From NCBI GenBank assembly GCA_013265495.1, contig MU058384.1, positions 4,201,239 through 4,263,238 on the forward strand: a DNA stretch of 62,000 nt. Reading direction: 5' to 3'. This stretch comes from Vicugna vicugna (Eukaryota). Made by a program: the position numbers and the translations under genes. Every line of letters starts with the position of its first letter. Within the stretch, counting starts at the first letter, position 1. The notes under the pieces were generated by a model that saw nothing but the letters and a program-made list of their open reading frames with translations, ran no database searches and had not been told where the DNA came from. Of the stretch, positions 12,770 through 26,369 are shown piece by piece.

Positions 12770-13425
12770 TGTTCCTCTCCTTCCACTCTGTCTGCTGGTT
12801 CTATACTCCCCCACCTGGGGATACTGGACTAACTCTCTGACTGTCTCCAGTTGTATCCTCCAGTCTCTCTCACCTACCACGGACAGATTTACTCCTCAAG
12901 CACAAGTCCTACCATGTCAGCCCTCTGCTCCAAGTTCTTCAGTGGCTCCCCAATGTCTACTTAGTTACATTTATAATATTTGTCTGGTATTCATGATCCT
13001 CCATAATGTGACGCCAACTTATTTTTCAATTATTCTTCCCCACCAGTGCTCTTGTAGATAGATAGGTCTCTATTCTTGCTGGTTTTCTTCCCTAGGTCCC
13101 TCAAGCTTCTGTATGATTCCAACACTCCTTCTCAATTGAATACTATCTCCATCTATTGAAATGCCATCCACCCTTCACTAGCCCACCTCAAGTCATTCCT
13201 CATCTCCTCCCAGTCAGATGCGGAGCAAATTACTGTAAGCCCTGTCAGGGTAGGACCATGTCTTACACAGTATGATGGCTGGCTTAAAAGGAGTTCATTG
13301 AATGAGGGAGTGAAGGGATAAGGTGATTATTGATTGAGACATAAGCTTTTTATTTTTCCTATCTCCTGTAGCACATTATCTTCCTCGTGACAGATACTAC
13401 CACAGAATTGTTGAGTTGAATGAAT
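12770..13425 (+). mobile_element. L2 fragments
   Basis: catgtcagccctctgctccaagttcttcagtggctcccc and two L2-type tails ending in tgaatga. Confidence 0.6.
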
Positions 13426-14197
13426 TGTCCAGAGCAGGGAAGATTCATTCATCTTCCACAACAGATAACAGGGTAATCTCCTGTGTAGAAGAACTTGAAC
13501 TTCTATTTCTTTTCTGAATTTGTTGGATTTTCTGAAATGATTGTAAACGCACCTTTAAAATGGTGGTAGATTAGTACTAAGTGTATCCATCAGTAGTGGC
13601 CTGGAAAGTAACATGGATCTCTGAAAACTTTCAGAAAAGGACCCCTTATGTTTTATTCTTTGGAAAGGAAGATCACTGTAAGTGAATTCCTTTCTCTTTA
13701 TGGGTTACAATGGTTGCTGGTTCACCTGAGTGAATCCTCTGATTTAATTGGACTGAGTCAAGTAGGTATTATATATGGTTGGAATATAACTTGTTATATG
13801 TAAACATCCACTCTAGTCCAGTAGAGGACTTGAGATGTTTACCTGGACATTGGGATTTACTTCTCGGGGCTCATGGCTCTCTATGGGTTATAGTGGCATC
13901 TTAGGTGTTATCATATCTGCAACTCTGTGTAGGATACTGTTAAGGAACAAGCTCCCATTAAAATTCAAACCAGTAACAAGCCATGGAAAGCTATATATTT
14001 TCACACTGGGCCAGATCAGAGAGAAGGAGGAATTGCTTCAGATGATTATTCCAGTGTCCACTTGCATGGGTACCTGAACAATCCCCAAAGATTTAACTGA
14101 TGTACTTAACCTAGAATAAGCACACCTGGCCTCCTATTCCATTTATTCCATCCAGAGCAAAAACAAGGTTTTGGGGCAAGGGGTGATGGGACTAAGA

Positions 14198-14423
14198 AGT
14201 ATTGAGCACCTGCTAGGTAGTTTACATTTGTCATTCTATTTAATTTTCATAAAAATGGCCATTGTGAAGTTGGTATTAATTGGTACATTTTACGTGTGAA
14301 GCAATGGATTTGGAAAAGTTCAGTAAGTTATCTAAGGTTATACAACTGATAAACAGCAGAGCAGGGACTGAAACCCAGATCTATCTGCTCTTGAAGAAGA
14401 TGCTCTGTTCACTATATTCTGCT
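14198..14423 (-). mobile_element. MIR SINE
   Basis: tattgagcacct...cattttac...aagttcagtaagttatctaaggttatacaact...gcagggactgaaacccagatct. Confidence 0.75.
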
Positions 14424-14466
14424 CTTTACAGAAAAGGACAAAGACTAGGGGACATGTGAGAGTCCA
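14355..14466 (+). repeat. 112-bp direct repeat, copy 1
   Basis: Identical to 15359-15470 except for 3 substitutions; offset 1004 bp. Confidence 0.95.
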
Positions 14467-15358
14467 TCACGTATCCCTGAGGTACAGTGATGTATGAATA
14501 CTCAAGGAATCTCAGATTTTTTTTTCCTTTTTAAAAAACACAGTAACACAAGAACAATAAAAGGACATTTCAATATAATTCATAAATACTAGCGTTTTTA
14601 AAACAATGAAGATTCAAAGGTTGAAGATTAAAATTGGTATCACTGAACAAGAATGTCAGAGTGAGAAATACTGCAGTGCTGATACTGAAAGACAACCTGT
14701 GAAATAAGCAGAAAACAACCAGAGAAATAACTTCTTAGCAAAACTTGGAAGTGATTCTATGTATGTAACTTCCCTGCTTCTCCTCACTTAATGTACAAAT
14801 GGAATATTGGGAGGTGAATAATAAATCACTTGTGGGTTTTAAAATTGAAAACACATGTATTACTGACACTGACTTAATGTGATTTGATTATTATGTTATT
14901 ACACAAAGAAATTCACAGACGTTGGTTAGTACCTCAAGCTTTGGAAAAGACAAACATTTTTGTTGTGTACATAGAGCGGCAGTTTCTGGGGAAGGGAAAG
15001 AGTGGGAGGTTCTTGGGCAAACAGGCTGCTCAAAATAAAACTGACAGGATGCACACAGGCCTCGTGTTTAACCATTTCCGAGCAGAGCCTCAAAGTCTCC
15101 TAACATTTTACCTGACGGGCGGCTGCTGATGGAGATGCTGTCTGACAGTGTAATCTTACTTGTTTCACATGGCTGGTGGGCTTTCTCCTCTCTTCTCCCT
15201 CCTTCCTTCCCTCTAGAAATCACATCTATCTTTTATGTGTTTTCTAAATATTTCTAATTACCTTGATAATGCTAAACAATCTACTCAGGAATGGCTATTG
15301 AATAAATATCTAATATTCTTTGGTAGCTGTTGATGGATCAAAGTGAAGTCTTTCAGGG

Positions 15359-15470
15359 AGCAGAGCAGAGACTGAAACCCAGATCTATCTGATCTTGAAG
15401 AAGATGCTCTGTTCACTATATTCTGCTCTTTACAGGAAAGGACAAAGACTAGGGGACATGTGAGAGTCCA
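15359..15470 (+). repeat. 112-bp direct repeat, copy 2
   Basis: Identical to 14355-14466 except for 3 substitutions. Confidence 0.95.
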
Positions 15471-18400
15471 GCATGGGACCCTTTTAGGCATGAATTGGCT
15501 ATTTTTTTCCCCTAAGTCTCTCTTGCTGCTTAGATCTAAGTGTGGGGAACCCTGGGAAGGGTCCACCTACAAATATTCATTGAGCACCTACTCTGTGCCA
15601 GGTACTGGCTACTCGAATATACAGAATTTTCAAGATGGCGTTTCTGCCCTCAGCTATCCAGAGGAAGGTGGTGGGGTAATCTCTTCATCATCTTCACTAC
15701 TTTTGTTTCTACTTCAGATGTGATGGGTAAGAAATATTTCAGCATAAAAATGCCTAGAAATTATCCTATGAAGTGAAAAATATGAACAAGAGAAAGATTA
15801 TTTGTCTAGTGGGCTCTACTCTCAAGAATGCGATGAGTCACTCTGCCCCTCGTCCTGGATGGGGTCAGAAGGGATGGAGGCAAGATGGTGCCTGGTATGT
15901 GTGTAGGGGATGTGGCAGGGCGGACAGGCTGAGAGGACAGAGCAGGAGAAAAGGAATGAAGAAAGGGAGATCAAAAGAGGAGGGACATACCAGTACCCAT
16001 TGAAGGTGGTCTCTGTTCTAACGAAAGCCAATCTGAGAAGAATGGTAAGGAGTTTGCTGTAGCACCCTCTGACTCCCACGTGGGTTTGAGATTTCCCACC
16101 CATGAGGTTGTGTTCTTTCTGGTCATGGAATGGGTCTTGCACGTTCTTCCAGATGAGGTAAAGCCTAACTGCAAGGGTAGAGTGGTCAGTAAGAAATACG
16201 TTCCTATTCTTAGGACTGTAGAGACCAAAGAGCTCTGAAAACAAGCTTATAAAAGCCTGTATTGAAAAAAAAATGTGACTATACATATAACTTGCTAAAG
16301 CTATAGAAGGGCCTGCTCAAGTAGGAGCTGCGGAGATGCAAATGGCAAGGAGTGAAAGCGGGGTGACATGGAAATGCCTGAAGAAGTGTATGAAGTGTTT
16401 GTTCTGAAGCTTCTCTTGCCTTCTCCATCCTCGCTCATTAGCACTGGATTGCTTGGAATGAAGCGTTTAACTGCTGTGCCTGAAGGAGGAGACAGACAGG
16501 AAGGGGAGGCAGAGGCACACAGCCATGGAGTCAGTTCAGCTAAGGACCTGTGGCGAGACCAAGAAGAGAACTGTCCTCGATTGTCTCCAGAGTTCTTCTT
16601 TCCTTTTTCTTCCCTTCCCTTCCATTTCCTTCCTTCTTCCTTCTTTTTTCTCCAAACATTAAATGAGGGTTTATTCTGGTCCAGACACTGGGCGGTGCTG
16701 GTGGTGCAAAGGTGATGAAGACGTGGCCTCCTCCCTCAGAGAGTCCCTGCCAAGAGGGGAGCTCACTCCTCTTCCTCCGTGGCAGTAATAGTTGAAAACT
16801 GTAATCCTGGGTTGCGAGGGTGACAGCTGCACTCTCCTGGGACCTCCAGCTGCTCTTCTAGCAGGCAGCAAGTGTGGCTGGATAACTAAGCAGTGCTCTT
16901 GTGGGGTTTGCGTCTCCAGGAGCAGCCGTGACACCATGACAGTGCTTGTGCCAGTGTCTCTCCAGTTTCCACTTAGGTAAGCCATGTTAGCGCCATCCTA
17001 CTGCTCTGCTTGGAGTCTCAGCCAGTGGGGCAGTCTAGCTAGGCAGAGCCTACAGACCATGATGAGAGGGAGTAAAAAAAGTATAATTCAAGGAATGAGC
17101 CTTTGGTCTAGAGTGAGATGACCAGGCTCAAGCCTTGGTTCCTCCACTCATCAGTCTGTTGGGTAGAATTGAAATTCCTCCACACAGTGCATGCTCAATA
17201 AAGATTAATGGAATGTGTAAGGACAGCCCTAGTCAGAATGCAGCTATCATCTGGAGAAAGCTATTTGACCAAGCAATGAATACCTTAGCTTGACTTAGTC
17301 TGCAATTAGGTGGGCAATATCAAACAGACAGATTATGATGGAAAGGGCTGAAGGAACAGTCTAAAACTTGGAGTTTTGTTTCAGAAGGGAAGCCATGGGA
17401 GAGGCTGTGCTTTGAAGAGCTGGCAGTTGGGGTGAAGAGGCTGAGAGAGGAGACAGAGGATGATGGAAAGTCTTTTCCATCCTTCCCAGTGGTTGATGGT
17501 GTTCTGGGCTGGGCTTCCATAGCAACCCCACACCCCAACTATATTCAGCAAAGCAATTATTCATGCATATCAGAACTGTCATATTTACTTGTCTTTCTCA
17601 CTCACGGCACTGTTGCTTCCTTGAGGGCAGAAGCTATGCCTTATTTGCCTTTTAATTCCCAGCATTTAACTCAATGGAGTGAGTTACAGACAGTATGAAA
17701 GTCAAAGAAAAATTTCATTGATTTGGTAATTTTGCTCAGAAGTCCCAGTTCTCCAACAAAAAAACCTGAACTAATAACATCTTATCCTTATTCTAAGTTT
17801 ATAAGCAGAGAAACAGAGTACCAAAAGGTTGAGGAACTCAGTTTAAAAAAAATCTAGAACAAGTAGAAGAACAGGCATCAAGAGTTCACACCTCTCCCAG
17901 GAACTGATATTGTTTCTTTGTCTCACACAACAGAATTAATTAAAAAAGAATCATGTTCTATCTTGAGCTGAGACAAGTGTTTTAAACTTCCCATTTTCTG
18001 CAAATAAAGCTGTGTTAGTTGTTTTCAATGATGAGCTTTCTGATAAGAGGTAACGGGATGGATTCCAAGTCATCACTTGGGTAGCTTGTGTAGGACATGT
18101 TTGATTCAAGCGTATGTCCTAAGCTAGCTTGCCCAATGAGTGGAAACCAGTCTCCTTCTCAAAACACCAGTCTCTAGCTCTTGGTAACAAATAAAATCTG
18201 CTCAGCTTCTTCCATGTCCTGGAGAACATCCCTCTCAGTACTGACAAGTCACAGTCTGCCCTCCTGATGACCTGGTTGGGCTGACAGATTTCACACTGTT
18301 TAAGAATGAAGAGTGCGGAGTGTGCTATCTGGAGACTCTCCAGAACAATTCTTCAAAGTGTCAAAAAGATCACAACAGGGCGTAAAGTTCAGGAGTTCAG

Positions 18401-18959
18401 TTAAGTTTAAGGTCCTTCACCCTGGAAAGTTTTCATTAGTTTTTTTTTTCTCTTTCTTGTACATCCCAATGATTGCTGCAGTTGCAAATTTCTCAGCATG
18501 ACTTGGTCAAAACCCACTCAAAATTATGCCAAGAATCTGCTTTTAAAGCTATGCTGTCAAAATTTGCAGCCCTGGGAGGCTTAGATAATTCAGAAAGTAT
18601 CTGATTTTCAGCAACCAGATTTCTAGTTATATTGAATTTCAGATTCTTTCAGGAGCCCAACTCTGAAATATTTTTCTTAAAATCAACCCAAGTTTCTAAA
18701 ATTACTTTAAGAATACTTACTCTTTACCAACTTTAAGCCAACAAACTTTACAGTTAACAAGCCACAAACAATAAAACATCTGTAATAATAATAAAATGAA
18801 ATATTTTATAATAGTTTTAGAGGCCATAGAGTTTTATAATTAAGATACTTTAGAATCAAATGCTATCACTGATAAATAAAAAACTCAAAGTGGATGAATA
18901 CCCATTAGTTAGCAATAAAGAGCTTAAAAGACAAATCAACCTGAGTGCTATTGGATTTA

Positions 18960-19720
18960 TGAGATCAACATGGGAAGCATTTGGGAAATGTTGGGGGGCA
19001 TTTCTGGGTGTCACAACAACAGAAAGAGCCTGAGTGGAATTTAGTGGACGGGAGCCAGGAATGCTGGATGTCCTGAAGTGTGTGGGACAGTTCCACACAT
19101 CAAAGAGTTGTCCTGTATCTCATTCCAACTTTTCAATGGCTATTCAGGTATTCATGTAGGTGAAATGTCTGTTTATAATTAACTGAACCTAACCCTGTTT
19201 TCCTTGTTTTACATAGAAGCACAAAGCATTCTTTTGCACAGTTTAATATCTCCTTTTCAGGAATGCAACTACTATGCAAATTAAGGGAAGAATGTAGTTT
19301 TGGCAGGGAGGGGTGGTGGACAGGACTTTATCAGAAGTTGTTTTCCATCTTAGGAAACGACCAGTGGCAAGACTGCTTATGATACTGGATTCTGTTACAC
19401 CCATAACACACCTGTGCCGGTCTGCATTAGTAGCTGTCACATTCACAGCGATTCTGCATGAAGTGCAGTAACTGGCCACATCACTGTGCCTTCTAAAGTG
19501 GTTAGATCCTCGTATCTACACACTGAAAATGTTATGTAAGTCACATATTGCTTGTCTTGTCTTTTGGCTTTACAATACAGCCAGGACCTTACATTGATTT
19601 TTTTTTTAAACTTATACGAACAACTAGGCTAGGATTTCCTTTCAAGATAGTAAAGGAGAACATTATAAAATACGTGCTATTAAATGGAAACATTGAATCT
19701 GAGAGGGTTAAAAGCCATTC
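18960..19720 (+). mobile_element. MER20B-like hAT-Charlie DNA transposon
   Basis: gccaggaatgct...gggacagttccacac...attcatgtaggtgaaa...caggaatgcaactac...tctgcattagtagctgtcacattcac...gagagggttaaaagcca follows the MER20B layout. Confidence 0.82.
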
Positions 19721-19830
19721 TACCAGGTAAAAACTTAGCTGGTGAAGGTGGTAAAGTAACAGACTCTAGTATCGTAAGGAGATTTTCGTAAGGACAAGGG
19801 AGTTGTCTTGCTCCAAGCAAGAACCAAAGT

Positions 19831-20127
19831 CAGAGTCCCCCCAGTTTCACTCATCCACGTGCCATTATTATGGTCTTTATCATATCTGCCTATACCACTG
19901 TTTACTGAGTATCTTTCTTTAAATCAAATAAACTTATTTTTACTTAAATATATCATAGCTATTTGGTATCAATAAAAACAGATTTGATGCGCTAATTAGC
20001 ACATTTTTCCTCGCACATTAAAATAAATATGTAACTATTAAAGGAAAAGAAAAAAGGATGTTCCCATAACAGTAAGATCTTCTTGTGTACCGTCTGGTAC
20101 GTATACCTCACTTTGGGAAATGGTGCT
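19831..20127 (+). mobile_element. MER113-like hAT-Charlie element
   Basis: ttcactcatccacgtgcca at the start and gtaccgtctggtacgtatacctcactttgggaaa at the end. Confidence 0.65.
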
Positions 20128-20524
20128 ATAAAGCATACAGACTAACGAAGGCTGTGGGCTTGGAAAATACTATTTAAGGGCAAAGGATGATTCAGTCATA
20201 TGTTTTAACTTTCTTTGTTCCTTAGAAAGAGCGTATTTTCTTTCTGCTAAAATATATCCTAAATATTGCATTTCAAATATTAATACTATATCACAAATAT
20301 AAATATTTTAGAATGGAGTATCTGTCATATAGTACCTGCACCACACACTACTGACAGTCTTTACGAAAATACCCTCTACCGAACTCTTATTTAAAAAACT
20401 TCTTATAACAGGGCAAACCTTCAGCCACTGTTGTCAGCGTATGATGTACAGTTTAACTTTAGTAAAAATAGAATTTGCCATCCTTAGTAACAAGTCTTTT
20501 TGAATAAACACCTTAAATAACTTG

Positions 20525-20660
20525 TTTATTCATTCAAAAAATATTTGTCAAGCCCCTACTATGTGCAAAGCATTGTTCTGGGCACAAGGATAGAGCAGTA
20601 AACAAAATAAAGTCCCTTTCCTTGTGTAGCTTGTATTTTATTGACATGAGGATAAAAGCA
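20525..20660 (-). mobile_element. L2a 3' end
   Basis: ttcattcaaaaaatatttgtcaagcccctactatgtgcaaagcattgttctggg. Confidence 0.8.
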
Positions 20661-21859
20661 AAATTGATTTCCATTAGTCCTGAGAAGGAAATAGATGGGG
20701 ATACAGCCTAAGTTTGGCATCAGGGGATGTGCACACATGATATTGCCACTTAGCATTGAATCTTATACGGCAAAGTGATTTCAATGTTCTTTTGTTTGTA
20801 TAGTTTTTCTAATAATGCACTATTTGCTGACACTTTGCACATATGTCTCAGCCTCATTTAAAATTCCACTCCACAATTTAAGAAGTGGAATTTAAGGATT
20901 TTCTACCACTCCAGCTCAGGTTTTCATTTTTCATATGTAATTTAAATTGTCCTTAAATTACCTCGAGTCACCCTTTCTTATTATTCATGCCATTAATATC
21001 ATGGGTAAATGGTTATCAGAGCCTCTTAATTACCATGTAAAGGAGCATAAGTGTTCCTTCTGTTAATCTTCTCTACTTAAGGCACTTAAAAAATAATACC
21101 AATGGGTGATTTAAGGTAGTAAGAGCTGTTAAATAGGTAGTTCAAAAATACTCTAAGAACATTCCTGTCATAAGACTTCAGTGACATGTCTTATTAATTT
21201 CCATACAGTGGGTGTTTTTTACCTACCCGGCTATTAACGTTAGATGAAATTCATCCATTGTATTACTGTTAGTCATTTCCAAAGCTGAAATAAAAACCCT
21301 CTGCTTTAGATTATTTTCAGTCTCAGGTGGTACCATTGGCCTGTGTAAGTTCGGCAAATGGAAATTTTAAAAATAAGAAAGCTAAACTCCTCACAAAGAT
21401 TGTTTTGAACTTCCAGTTAATAACTGCTGTTTAAAATAATCAACTCTGAAACATTCGAAGATTCTGAGAAATCATGAGTCACTGAAGAAAAACTGAGTTA
21501 TGCCCCAAATAGCTTTTGTGTTAGAAGTTTTTGTTCTATTATAATTCTTTCAAAACAGGCTACCCATGTTTGGCAATTCCCAATTAAAACATTCAACTGA
21601 CTAGAACGTGTTTGTCTTTCAATATATTAATTCACCCTTATCTTTTAAAACATTTCCCTCTGAGTTATTATCATTTATTTATCTTTGAAAATAATTTTTT
21701 ACATGAATATTAGGATGCTTTGGCAGTGTGGTATCAAGAACAGTGTTGACATTTTGGAGAACTAATATTGCCCTTTAAAGAATGATCACTGCTATAATGA
21801 AGAGGGATTAGTGATAGAGAGAAAATACTCTAAGAGAAGAGGTCCTTTAAAAGAAAGAA

Positions 21860-21965
21860 GTTTATTTGTTTGTTTCCTTCCTACTGCTGGAGCTAAGCGA
21901 TTAGAACAGTGCCTGACAATAAATAGTAGGTGCTCGATAAAGATCTACTGAATGAATAAATCAAT
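21860..21965 (+). mobile_element. L2 3' end
   Basis: tagaacagtgcctgaca...agtaggtgctcgataaa...tgaatgaat. Confidence 0.75.
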
Positions 21966-23065
21966 GAAAAAGAGGATCCCAGAAGCCTTTCTGTGTCTGG
22001 AGGCCTGTCTGAGGAGGACACATCAGTATCAGGGGGGTAACGGGAAGCCTTCCAGCAGAGGGTGCAGAGGACGCTCTCTAGAACCTACTGTGCGGCTTTG
22101 CAACCTGACTGTCCCATACAGCTATGTGGGCGTCGGCATCTTCTCTGTGCCTCCATCGCCTCTTGTGTCAATTGAAAATGATGATAGTTAACAGAACCTA
22201 CCACACTGTCAAGAGGAATAAATAAGATTATACATGAAGAGTGCTTAGCACATAGAACATTTGCAATAAATATCAGCTAATTTCCAGAGTTACAATGATT
22301 AATTTTTTTTAGAAATGAGATCCTAGACTTTCTATGTAACAAACTGGAAATAGAAATTGGATACCAAGAGCAGTATATGCTGTTTTTGTAAAGCGTGTTG
22401 CTAAAGAAATCTTGCTCTTAGGTATAAAAGGTGTTGAAATCACAGGGAATGCATTTTCATTGTAATAACTGGCCATTTATTTGTAACATTTTTAATGTTA
22501 AGAAGAAGCAACCACTTGCTATTGCAAGCTACAGGGGAGGAGAAAACCTTTTTTTCTTTATCCACAAGTCTTCAGTGATCTCCATTTCATGTTTTACAGA
22601 GTAGAGAACAAACTGGTATTCAAGACAGCTCTTGGTATAGTTCTAACCAACCCTTATGCTGCAGCCTAATTTGACATCAGTTCTGATAACATTCCTTCCA
22701 GCCGCACAACTCCCTCCCTTTGATACTACACATTCACTCTAGTACTCGAATGGACTCACCTTTTGAATGAACCCAATATTTCCCCACTCCTGATCTTTAT
22801 TCTGAATGAACTTTAAAAAAAATTTCCACTTCTAAAAATGTGAACCTCTCTATGAGGTCCTTCTCTAGAATGTCCAATGCTCTCATGGGAGCCTCCTTGG
22901 CATCTGCCAGTTTATCTGGTGTTCATTTGTCTGGTGTTTCTCTGAGTTGTGTACCAGCCTTTCCCAAAATGTTTTGTTTATCCTTTATCTCCTGTATCTC
23001 ATAATCTGGCAGTCAGCATATTCTCAATAAATATGAATTGCTTAATCCAGTTTACCTTTAATTCT

Positions 23066-23092
23066 GAGAGAGACAGAGAGACAGAGAGAGAT
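23066..23092. repeat. (GA)n-rich simple repeat
   Basis: gagagagacagagagacagagagaga. Confidence 0.8.
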
Positions 23093-24117
23093 ACTCCTGG
23101 TCTTCCCAGGAGAAGATTTTTTGGATAGATTTTTAGCTTTCTGATCTTTACCAAGAATTGTCTCCAAAATAGAAAATAAAGCAAATCTGGTAAGGCATGA
23201 AATGAAAGAATGAGAAAAGAAGAAGAGAGGAGATGGGGGATTTTCCTTCTCCACATGGCAGGGATTGGCAAAAAATGGTAGGTGGAACAGGGAAGGGGGA
23301 CACTGGGGTTTGCAGTCTACGCTAAGGTAAGTTTATTCTCCTTGACTAATTCTTGGTGACTTTTGAGAGAGAAGGTGCTAGAAATCTTCACATTGCCATA
23401 GAGTCCATAGACTCTGGGGGAAGAAGAGCAGGGAGGGAACATCTTCCCACCTCTGCCTAGAAATAAACTAGCCACAGCCGCAGCTGTCTGCATGTGACGA
23501 ATTGGCCCCTGTGGGTGGTCGTGGGGTAGGTGTGCAGGGCAGAGACACAGGAGACAGAAGGAAAACTCGTTTTCATGGCTGGACATTCCTTACAGGTTGT
23601 ATTACCCACAGAGCACAAGTAAGTCCAAGAAAGAGAGGGGAGTCTTTGACAGGAGGTCATCACGTTCTTTGTTTTCAGTTTTGCATTGTGGAGAGATGTA
23701 GGATATAGGGGGAGGCAGGAGTGGTGACAAGCTTATCTGTAATGGCTCCCACCATGAGCAAAAGGGAAAGCAATGACACAGACTTACAGTCCGGGCCAGG
23801 AGGTGGGGGAGGGGTGGGGGATGGGCAGCCCACCATGTTGCTGGAATTTCCTTTTTAGAGGTGCCACAGCTGTGATGGAGCACAGAACTCACTCTCTGGG
23901 CAGGCTCAGAGGGTCCTCCAGGGCCTTGTCTCCACCACTCTCCACCTGCTTCCGACTTCATGGAGACATTGAAAGTCAGTAGATGGGAAATTCCTTACCT
24001 TTTTGCTACAAACCCTACAAAACTTCTTACTCTGCCCCCATTCCTTCCTCCGTTCTGTTCTATGAGATGAACTGCCAGTTTCCCTACTACCTACTACATT
24101 TTCAGGACATTTTACTC

Positions 24118-24654
24118 TGTTGGGGCCCAGGGAGGCCACCCCAAAATAAGCCTCAATGGCATACTGATTATTTTAAATTAAAGTTACTTAAGAAATGGCC
24201 AGCGTTAAGAAGGACACGCTGATTCCTCGCTGTCTCCCTGAAAGCAGGAAAGAACTCTCTCACGTGCAAGGTGCACCCTCTGTGTCTGGAAGTAGGACAT
24301 CCTTGTCACTGAAGACTGGGAATTAGGGCTGAGAAGCCTAGGTAAACAAACCTTGTAACTGCTTTAATTCACTACCTTGAGCCCAGACTCTGCTCAGATT
24401 CTTCACTAATTGGGCACCTAAAATCTAAGTTTCTTTGTCCTGTCAATTCCTCACAAATTTGTGGCTTCTTTCTCTGAAAAGTATGAAAGTAGCCTGCTTT
24501 GGCTACTTCTTAGGTTTCGTTTCTATGAGATCTTCATGTGCATGAATTAAAATGCGTTTCTTTTTCTCCTGACCATCTGTCTGGTGTCAGTTTTATTACT
24601 AATCCAGCCACAAGAACTCAAGAGGGCTAGAGGGGGGCATTTCCCCTCCCCACA
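24118..24654 (+). mobile_element. ERV1-class solo LTR (MER34/MER39-like), 537 bp, inserted in an L2 fragment
   Basis: TG...CA termini (tgttgggg...ccccaca) and a perfect 4-bp TSD actc at 24114-24117 and 24655-24658. Contains gccaccccaaaata near the 5' end and attaaa in the 3' part. Confidence 0.88.
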
Positions 24655-25011
24655 ACTCCTAGTTATGACTTTCTCTCTCATATAGTCCATTGTTTTTTTT
24701 TTAAATTAGATCTTTCTCACCATAATTTCAGCATGCTTAAATGTCTTGCAAAAGCAAAACAAAACCAAAAAACTTCCCTAACGCTATGTTTCCAGCTACC
24801 ATTTTCTCTCTACTACTTTATGACCACACTTCAGAAAGAGATGCATCTGGCATTGCGGGGGGAGCTTAACAAAGATTTGGTGTATGAATGAATACGTAAA
24901 AGAGTGAAAGGGTTAATGAACCACTCTCTTCAGTATCAGTCAAACGTGTTTATGTGTTACGTCCTCTTCTCACAAGCATGGCCACAGAGAAATGGGAAAA
25001 TGAGTAACAGT

Positions 25012-25240
25012 AACGATAAAAGCCCACGTGCACTGAGGATCTGCACTGCTATGAGGACTGTGCTGGCATTTTACACATATTTACTTGTTACTTTTCACAA
25101 TAACCCTGTGAGGTATTTACTCCTCACTCCTTTTGCAGCCGGAAAACCGGAGGACACAGAGGTCTGGGCAGCCGCTGCTGCCAGAATCCAAACCCACCAC
25201 CTTCAGAGGGGATCCTTGTTTTATCTTTTCTCTCACTGAA
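25012..25240 (-). mobile_element. MIR SINE
   Basis: tcacaataaccctgtgaggta...ggaaaaccggaggacacagagg. Confidence 0.7.
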
Positions 25241-25649
25241 AGTGGTAAAATTAATTTTATACCTTTAAGGTAATGTTTGAATATGAAAGGCCATGTGACT
25301 TGAGTGGAAAAACAGTGTCAAAAGGCCTGAATCTTGGATCTTAACTCTTTCATTACTTTTCAGGGAGTCACTTGGCCTCTCTGTGTTTTGTTTGTTTCTT
25401 GCTTGCAAAACTTTGGTTTCATGCTCTTTGGAATAAGTTTCATCTTTAAAGGACAAGCCATCCTTGTGAAGTACATACATAGCTTCGATTACCACTCAAC
25501 CTCACAATTTCTAACCAGTTTCCCAAGGCAGCCCAGTAAACGGCCTAGCCTATGGCTACAACTTCATCTTCTGTGCTCTGATATTACTTCATTTAGAAAA
25601 AGGTAATAAAGGTTCTATTTCTGGTCAACATTCAGTTTTTTTCTTAATA

Positions 25650-25850
25650 AAATTTCATTTTTTTCCTGAATATAAGAGGAATACATGCTTATGGTATAAA
25701 AAACAGAAAAAACAGAAAGAGGGAAATAATAGTCATCTAGAAATAATCTCTTAAAATTCTGGTGTATTTTTAAAAACATAACTGAGATCTTCTTTTAAGA
25801 TATGCAATTTATATCCTGCTTCTTTTTACTTAATGTATTATAAACATTTT
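25650..25850 (-). mobile_element. Old L1 (L1ME-like) 3' fragment
   Basis: tataagaggaatacatgcttat...ttctggtgtattt...atcctgcttctttttacttaa. Confidence 0.45.
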
Positions 25851-26369
25851 GAGAAACTGTCTTTCAATGATGCAGTTTGCATGACAGGAAATAACCAACT
25901 CTCCCTTGAGAAAAAATAAAGCAACCGGTGGCAGCCTCAAATTTGACTTAAATTTGTCACAATAGTGATTCCATTTCCTTCTTCTCGGGGACAGCTGACA
26001 AGTGTCCTCAATTGTCACCACCACACCCTTCTCTTATCAGAGAATGCAAGGTCAGGTGATGAAATGAACAATTTGTCACTCAGCACCTTTTGCCAGAGCA
26101 ATAGGAACATGGAAAAAGAGCTGAAAAGTTGCAAAATCTCCTATCTTTGTTGTGTATAATTACAAATTTCTTATTAAGTTATAGAAATATTTGTTCAATG
26201 ATATTAAAGCAGTTTGATACTAAAAAGGAAACAGTCTAAATGTGCTATACAAAGAAAACTATTGTAAGAAAAATATTTAATATGAGAAACTGTCATATAC
26301 ACAGCACATAAAAGGAATGTATTGCACACATGTACTGCCTTTGAATTTCGTACATAAAGAAGAATTGTA

